Origin: a bacterium | Lineage (GTDB): Bacteria; UBA8248 | Assembly: GCA_965204535.1 (NCBI GenBank) | Contig: CBDBEV010000001.1 | Location: 1,760,001 to 1,824,000, forward strand | DNA length: 64,000 nt | Direction of reading: 5' to 3' | In this document: positions 58,578-64,000 of the stretch, in pieces | How the letters are laid out: each line of letters starts with the position of its first letter | How positions within the stretch are numbered: the stretch's first letter is position 1 | Notes under the pieces: generated by a model | Seen by the model: the letters and a program-made list of their open reading frames with translations, nothing else | Database searches by the model: none | What the model was told of the DNA's origin: nothing | Made by a program: the position numbers and the translations under genes

Positions 58578-59567
58578 CTACACCTCGACGACGATTTTGC
58601 CCATCTGCTCGTTCGATTCCATGTACTCGTACGCCCCCACGATGTCGTCGAGCGGGAACGTCCTGGCGATGACGGGCTTGAACGCGCCCGACTCCAGACC
58701 GTCATAGATGAACCTTTTCGCTTCCTCTCTCAACCTCGGGTCTCTGGAAATTTCCATTATCGTGTAGCCCCGGAAGGTCAGGCCTTTCCGGATGGCCGGG
58801 TAGAGGGGGATCACCGAATCATCGGGCGAGAGATGACCGTAACAGAAAATCGTGCCGTGGTAGGCGGCCGCCTCGGCGAGCTTCGCCAGATAAGACCCGA
58901 CGACGGGGTCGAAGGTGACGTCAGCACCTGCGCCGCCCGTATGCTCCAGCACGGACTCCGCCAAATCCTCCGCATCCGTCACGACGACGCGAGCAGCACC
59001 GATGTTCAGGAGAAAATCCTTCTTCCCCGCTCCGCGCGTCGCGGCGATGGGCCGCGCACCCAGCGAACGCGCGATCTGGATCGCCGCAATGCCGACGCTG
59101 CTGCTCGCCGCGGTGATCAGGACGTTGTCGCCTTTCTTCACCCGCCCGTATTCGACGATCGCTCCGTATGCGGTCATGTACTGCATCCAGACGGCCGCAG
59201 CCTTGACCGGCGTGAGGTTATCCGGGTAGCGGGCCGCGGCGAACGCCGGCACGACCGCCTGCTCGCCGCACACCCCGTGCTCTATCATCGAAAAACACGG
59301 TATCGTGCTCACGCGGTCCCCGACCGCGAGATCCCCCACGCCGGGGCCTACCGCGTCTATCGTCCCGGCCGCCTCATAGCCGATTCGGGAGGGGAACTCC
59401 GGCTGTACGTGGTAGACGCCCTCGCGGAACATGATCTCCGCCCGGTTTATCCCGAGCGCTTCGACCTCGATGCGCACCTCGCCCTCCCCCGCCTCGAGAT
59501 CCGGAACCTCGGCCACGCGGAGCACGTCCGCACCGCCCAGCTCGTCAAAAAGAACCGCTTTCGGCAT
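58578..59567 (-). CDS. Zn-independent MDR / NADPH:quinone oxidoreductase family (copy 1)
   Basis: Same motifs; tandem paralog of 57512-58501. Confidence 0.88.
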   Translation of the reverse strand: MPKAVLFDELGGADVLRVAEVPDLEAGEGEVRIEVEALGINRAEIMFREGVYHVQPEFPSRIGYEAAGTIDAVGPGVGDLAVGDRVSTIPCFSMIEHGVCGEQAVVPAFAAARYPDNLTPVKAAAVWMQYMTAYGAIVEYGRVKKGDNVLITAASSSVGIAAIQIARSLGARPIAATRGAGKKDFLLNIGAARVVVTDAEDLAESVLEHTGGAGADVTFDPVVGSYLAKLAEAAAYHGTIFCYGHLSPDDSVIPLYPAIRKGLTFRGYTIMEISRDPRLREEAKRFIYDGLESGAFKPVIARTFPLDDIVGAYEYMESNEQMGKIVVEV

Positions 59568-59591
59568 ACCTGCATCCTCCCAGGGTTTCTT

Positions 59592-60419
59592 CTAAAGGGC
59601 CGGGCCGACGGGCCACTCGATGACCGTCACCCCCAGAAACCACAGGGGCTCTATCCGGTAAGTCCACAGATTCGCCCCGGTGTCTCCGCTGAGAGCCGCG
59701 GCGGAAATCCATGTCCTGATCTCGTTGCCCCCGTTTCCGCCCTCATCGATTCTGGCCTGCGGCCACGCGGAGAGGCCCTTCGCGTCCGCGCGGCATAGCA
59801 TATCGATCACCTCGCGGTCCCACGCCTCGTCGATATCGCCCTGCTCGGGGGTCCCGATCCAGTGCGAGGGCGCGCCCGTCGCCACGACGGCCACGCGATC
59901 GCAGCCGGCATAATCCTCCAGCAAGCGCCTGAGCGAGACGCCGAGTTCGTATGATCGCGCGGCGGGCGGCAGGGGCGGCGCCACCGTATTTTGCAGGATC
60001 GGCACGATGGGAAGCCCGGTATCGCCCATGAGCGCCAGGGGCGATACGAAGGAATGATCGAGCGCGAGTTCGCGGCAAACCAGGGGGTCGAAGCCGCTCG
60101 CCAGCAGCCCGCGCGTCAGGTGGGATGCCAGCCCCTCGGCGCCTTCGTATATGTCAGACGGCAGAAAAGGCTCGGTCTTCACCGGGCCGAAGCGGGGACC
60201 CGCGCCGATAGCCAGGGCGGGGTATCTGTCCATGGAGAAGGCGTGCAAGTGATCGTTTCCCAGCAGGACCATCGCCTCGGCGCCGCGCTCCACGATCGCG
60301 CGGGCCATCCGACGATAGGAGGAGAACACCTCTTCCCTCACTTCTTCTGCGGGCGCATCGTGCCTCAGGATAAAAAGAGGCGTGTGACTGGCCGCGAAGG
60401 CCCCGACGATCTCCGCCAC
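59592..60419 (-). CDS. Extradiol ring-cleavage dioxygenase, LigB-like catalytic subunit
   Basis: ASHTP, NDH, LDHS, SHW, GGNEIRTW; GTG start 60419. Confidence 0.85.
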   Translation of the reverse strand: MAEIVGAFAASHTPLFILRHDAPAEEVREEVFSSYRRMARAIVERGAEAMVLLGNDHLHAFSMDRYPALAIGAGPRFGPVKTEPFLPSDIYEGAEGLASHLTRGLLASGFDPLVCRELALDHSFVSPLALMGDTGLPIVPILQNTVAPPLPPAARSYELGVSLRRLLEDYAGCDRVAVVATGAPSHWIGTPEQGDIDEAWDREVIDMLCRADAKGLSAWPQARIDEGGNGGNEIRTWISAAALSGDTGANLWTYRIEPLWFLGVTVIEWPVGPAL

Positions 60420-60420
60420 G

Positions 60421-60699
60421 CTATATCTCCCCCTCATCGGGGCGCGGATAGGATAGGCCTGCAAGCGCCGCCCGGAAATCTTCATCCGAAATGCCTGCGC
60501 GAAACTGCAGCACCCGAAGCAGATAGGGGTTGGCGCCGAAGCGCCACAGCGCGCGCACGTCGGAATCGCGAACCGCCGCAAGCTCCGCATCCGTGACGTC
60601 ATAGCCGCGCGCGAATTCGAGCGGGGCGCGCAGGAACGCCTCGCGTTTTTCCAAAGGCTGAATGTCGTGGATCAAGCGGTTCAGGGATAATTTCGGCAT
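60421..60699 (-). CDS. LigA-like small subunit of the ring-cleavage dioxygenase
   Basis: 92 aa; YDVTDAE..AV...D...L...GANPYLL; directly upstream of LigB-like gene. Confidence 0.75.
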   Translation of the reverse strand: MPKLSLNRLIHDIQPLEKREAFLRAPLEFARGYDVTDAELAAVRDSDVRALWRFGANPYLLRVLQFRAGISDEDFRAALAGLSYPRPDEGEI

Positions 60700-61017
60700 G
60701 GATGAAGCCTACATGAGGAGTCTGCGAAAAGAAATCGCCCCGAGACGGGGGAGGTGAAAAAGTCGGAGAGGGAAAATTTATTTGTGTGTAGGGGTCGCAT
60801 ACATGCGACCCTGTTTTTCACCCTCCGGCGACGGGCTGCATGTATGCGGCCCCTACAATCGAGGCGGCGCCTGTCTCGAACGGAGTCGAGGAGGCGTGTT
60901 GAGGCGGCTACTCGGAGGGAGGTCGATGCGGAGGCCTCCTCAGGCGGCGTCAGCCGCTAGCCGATTCACGCCCGGCGCGGCTATAATCCCGCCATCTCAT
61001 CGAACAAGGAGTCCGAT

Positions 61018-62340
61018 ATGGAATGCACGCCGGACCCGGCCCTTCCGCCGGGACGCGGAAAACCGGGCAAGGAGATGACCCCCGAGGAAGCGAACGGCTT
61101 CAAGCTCCTGGGCCACTGCGATTTCGGCGGCCGCAACAAGGGCGACGTCATGCAGCTTCTCGTGAAGGACGACTTCGTGCTCTGCGGCCACGTGGGCATG
61201 TCGGGCGCGGGCACGAGCGTCATCGACGCCTCGAACCCCCGGAAGCCCAAACTCGTGAACCAGATTCCCGCCCCGCGCAACACGCACAACAACAAGCTCC
61301 AGATCGTGGGCGACATCATGGTCGTGAACAACGAGCAGTTCGGCGGGCGAGGCCCCGATTTCGAGCCCTTCAAGGCGGGCATCGACATCTACGACGTATC
61401 GAACCTGCCCGAACTCCGCCCGCTGGGGTATTTCCACACGGGCGGGCGCGGGGTGCACCGGTTCTGGTTCGGCGACGGTCGCTACGCCTTCCTGACGGCC
61501 GGGGACGATGAATACATCGATCAGTTCCTGAAGATCATCGACCTGGATGATCCCACCCGCCCCAAAGAGGTGGGCCGCTGGGCGATGCCGGGCATGCGGA
61601 ACGACGAGGAGCGCGACTGGTACCAGATGGGCCAGTTTCGCTTCAAGAAAAACCGCAAGGGCGAATACATCCCCCTGGGCGGCGAGGTGCCCGAGGGGAT
61701 GAAGAAAAAACGCGCCTGCGTGCACATGTCAATGAACGTAGGCGAGAGGTGCTACGGCGCGTGGTGGGATTCGGGCTTCATCATCCTCGACATCGCCGAC
61801 ATCACGAACCCCGCCCTCATCAGCCACACCCAGTGGCCGCCCGAGGAGAGTTCGGCCACGCATTCGGTGCTGCCCCTTTTGGACAGAAACATCTGCATCG
61901 TGTCGGATGAATGCACGGCGGAGGACATGGAGGACATCGAAAAGCAAATCCGCGTGATGGACATATCGGATGAGAAAAACCCGAAAGTGCTCTCCACCTT
62001 CCCGCACCCCGAGGGCGATTACGCCGAGCGCGGCGGACGATCCGGCCCGCACAACCTGCACGAGAACCGCCCGGATTCCCTCATCGATAAAACCCGAGTC
62101 TACATGACGTGGTTCAACGGCGGGCTTCGCGTGTTCGACATCGAAGACCCGCTGAATCCCAAAGAAGTCGCCCACTACGTGCCCGAAACGCCCAAACGCG
62201 ACCCCATCCGCCCCTTGTGGGGGAGAGACTACGAACTCCTGCAGGTCCAGGTGGACGACGTCTACATGGCCGCCGACGGCAGGGCCTACATCAGCGAACG
62301 CCTCGGCGCGGGTGTGTGGATACTGGAGTCTGATTTTTAG
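61018..62340 (+). CDS. LVIVD-repeat beta-propeller protein
   Basis: Repeated xIxDxSxPxxP units, GVHR, ATHS, GPHN; RBS AAGGAG; TATAAT at 60982. Confidence 0.8.
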   Translation: MECTPDPALPPGRGKPGKEMTPEEANGFKLLGHCDFGGRNKGDVMQLLVKDDFVLCGHVGMSGAGTSVIDASNPRKPKLVNQIPAPRNTHNNKLQIVGDIMVVNNEQFGGRGPDFEPFKAGIDIYDVSNLPELRPLGYFHTGGRGVHRFWFGDGRYAFLTAGDDEYIDQFLKIIDLDDPTRPKEVGRWAMPGMRNDEERDWYQMGQFRFKKNRKGEYIPLGGEVPEGMKKKRACVHMSMNVGERCYGAWWDSGFIILDIADITNPALISHTQWPPEESSATHSVLPLLDRNICIVSDECTAEDMEDIEKQIRVMDISDEKNPKVLSTFPHPEGDYAERGGRSGPHNLHENRPDSLIDKTRVYMTWFNGGLRVFDIEDPLNPKEVAHYVPETPKRDPIRPLWGRDYELLQVQVDDVYMAADGRAYISERLGAGVWILESDF

Positions 62341-62458
62341 GGGATGCTTCCTTGCATTCGCATATTCGGGCACTGGCTGATGAATGACAAATTGATTCCC
62401 GCTCATCAAGAGTGATCAATGCTGCATCGAGGAAATCTTGGGTAGTGTCTCAGTTTGA

Positions 62459-62701
62459 AAAAATATCCCCATTCAAAAAATCAGAAAAGCTCTCGAAAAA
62501 GATGGATGGGAAATGGAAGAGAACAAAAGGGGCCCCTTGGGGTATAGAAATGACAAGGGCCAACAGGTAGTTCTTCACATGCACCCGAAGGCGACCAAGG
62601 GCCCTAAAACTCTCAAGGGCTTGTTGAATGCCGTTCAATGGACAGAATATGATCTGAGGCCGCTTAAAATTAATCAAGTAGAAAATACTCGGAAAAGATA
62701 G
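62459..62701 (+). pseudogene. 5'-truncated HicA-like toxin
   Basis: Frame reads NIPIQKIRKALEKDGW...VVLHMHPKATKGPKTLKGLL...WTEYDL with no upstream start; abuts the IS-like end. Confidence 0.45.
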
Positions 62702-62718
62702 TCTTTTCTGAGTATTTT

Positions 62719-62790
62719 CGTTCACATTCCATGTTTTCAATCCGTTCGCATTCCATATTTTCAATCCGTTCGCAAAATTCCGTTCACATT
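62719..62790 (+). repeat. Tandem 24-bp direct repeats with CGTTCRCA boxes
   Basis: CGTTCRCATTCCATRTTTTCAATC twice plus partial copies; boxes at 62719, 62743, 62767, 62781. Confidence 0.7.
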
Positions 62791-63080
62791 AATGAAAATA
62801 CGGTTGCGCGTGAACGATTGATGTGTTATCGTTCGTTCATGGCTGGAAAAGGCGATGACGTCTCAGCTGGCCAGCCAAGACGTCATCGGGTGAAACTTGG
62901 TGGTTCAGAAGAGATCCCACCATATCATCCAGAGCCTACCCGGTCAACAACAATATTGGTGTGCCTTTAACCCAGGGAGGTCTGTAGTGCTGGCGGGGAG
63001 GTTGTGCATTCCTTCCCTTGCCAGCAAACTATTTTATACACCATGCGCTGAAAATGCGCAATTTGTACAGGAGAATTATT

Positions 63081-63719
63081 ATGTCAAGTCTTCGAGTTAA
63101 TGATCTTTTAGGGCCATTCATGAAAATATTATGGGAGCGACATCAATGCAGCATCAAAGAAATGGTAGATCAAATAGCGATAAATCTTGGCCTTTCTTTG
63201 GAAGAAATGACGCAAACCATCCCGAGCGGTCGAGAAACTGTGCTTCAAAATAAAGTCGGATGGACCAGAACATATTTAAAAAAAGCGGGGCTGGTTGAGT
63301 CTCCTCGCCGTGGATGGGTCGGAATTACCCCCGAGGGCAGAAAGGCGATTAGAGCTGCTGGAGTTGTTGATATTAATTATTTAAATACGATCCCTGAATT
63401 TGTTGAGTTTCGAAACAAAAGAAGCACAGGCAATCAAAGAGAAAAAAGCAATCAAATCCCTGCGAAAAAGAAAAACTTAACACATCTGATCCCTATAGAA
63501 TTTGGGATGGATCAGTCAGGAGCATATCAAGCAGATCAAGTTTCTCTTTCGTTCGATGGACTTAATCAGAGAATATATTTTCAATTTTCGAAGAAATTTA
63601 ATAGAGCGATATCAAAAGAGGTAATTGTGAGCATTCCTTTTGCCGATGAAGCACCCATAAGCCATGTCACAACACTCTGTAAAATCCTCAATGATATATC
63701 CGACACCCCCAAAAGATGA
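63081..63719 (+). CDS. Mrr N-terminal winged-helix domain protein without a recognisable Mrr nuclease domain
   Basis: PSG.ETVLQNKVGWTRTYLKKAGLVESPRRG..ITPEG; RBS AGGAG before ATG 63081. Confidence 0.75.
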   Translation: MSSLRVNDLLGPFMKILWERHQCSIKEMVDQIAINLGLSLEEMTQTIPSGRETVLQNKVGWTRTYLKKAGLVESPRRGWVGITPEGRKAIRAAGVVDINYLNTIPEFVEFRNKRSTGNQREKSNQIPAKKKNLTHLIPIEFGMDQSGAYQADQVSLSFDGLNQRIYFQFSKKFNRAISKEVIVSIPFADEAPISHVTTLCKILNDISDTPKR

Positions 63720-63738
63720 ACAATTCCTAACTCTCTCC

Positions 63739-64000
63739 TTACGCGGCTTTCTGCCGCTTCTTGTAGGTTTTCGGGTGCCCCGGCCTCGGTTCCCGCGTTC
63801 TATGAGTCCAACGATCCACTCCATATCACGAAGCTCCGAATCAACTCCAGCGGCCATAGCTGAGCTTACTCGTATGCTCTTGTGAATACGGCAGAAGTTA
63901 TAGTGCAGGAAATAGAGGGCGAGCATATGCACATGGTTCACAAGCCGCTTCGAGAAGGCGTTGGTAAGGCGCGTGAAGCGACACATACACATGCGCATTG
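63739..64000 (-). pseudogene. C-terminus of an IS1-related DDE transposase, frameshifted near its end (partial)
   Basis: RFTRLTNAFSK...HYNFCRIHKSIRV..AMAAGV; the expected tail PKTYKKRQKAA* lies in another frame ending at 63739. Confidence 0.7.

Larger units (their letters stand above)
62441..64000 (-). mobile_element. Right part of an IS1-like element carrying passenger genes (low GC, runs off the window)
   Basis: GGTAGTGTCTCAGTTTGA terminal motif near the GC shift; transposase C-terminus 1.3 kb away. Confidence 0.55.

Noticed and set aside
62719-62790. CRISPR array
   Set aside because: Only 2-3 contiguous units, no unique spacers, no cas genes

Overview
A GC-rich bacterial chromosomal window dominated by accessory catabolic and transport genes: three tripartite tricarboxylate transporters (TctABC), one TRAP/TAXI system, two ABC importers and many small-molecule enzymes. 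It also has a sulfur-related gene set (comA-like, two sulfotransferases, sat), a PPi-type phosphofructokinase, tRNA-Ser(GGA), a HepT/MntA toxin-antitoxin pair with nearby gene remnants, an intact IS1182-family element, and the end of a low-GC IS1-like element carrying passenger genes. The ORF track hides two probable selenoproteins split at in-frame TGA codons. One is an AhpD/CMD-like protein with CxxU (7575-8228). The other is a 535-aa UGSC-type fusion protein with UGGC and a clear SECIS-like hairpin (31766-33373), which heads an uncharacterised cluster with a Sec-less paralog, an FAD oxidoreductase and a sugar ABC importer. Beside the tRNA lies an unannotated promoter-to-terminator unit of about 170 nt with a perfect 16-nt complement to the 16S rRNA 3' end, a 12-codon ORF and a multibranch fold. 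Intergenic spaces are filled with nested palindromic repeat modules and MITE-like elements that share the IS1182 terminal repeat and insert into each other's hairpin loops. All family assignments come from motif recognition by eye; no searches were run.
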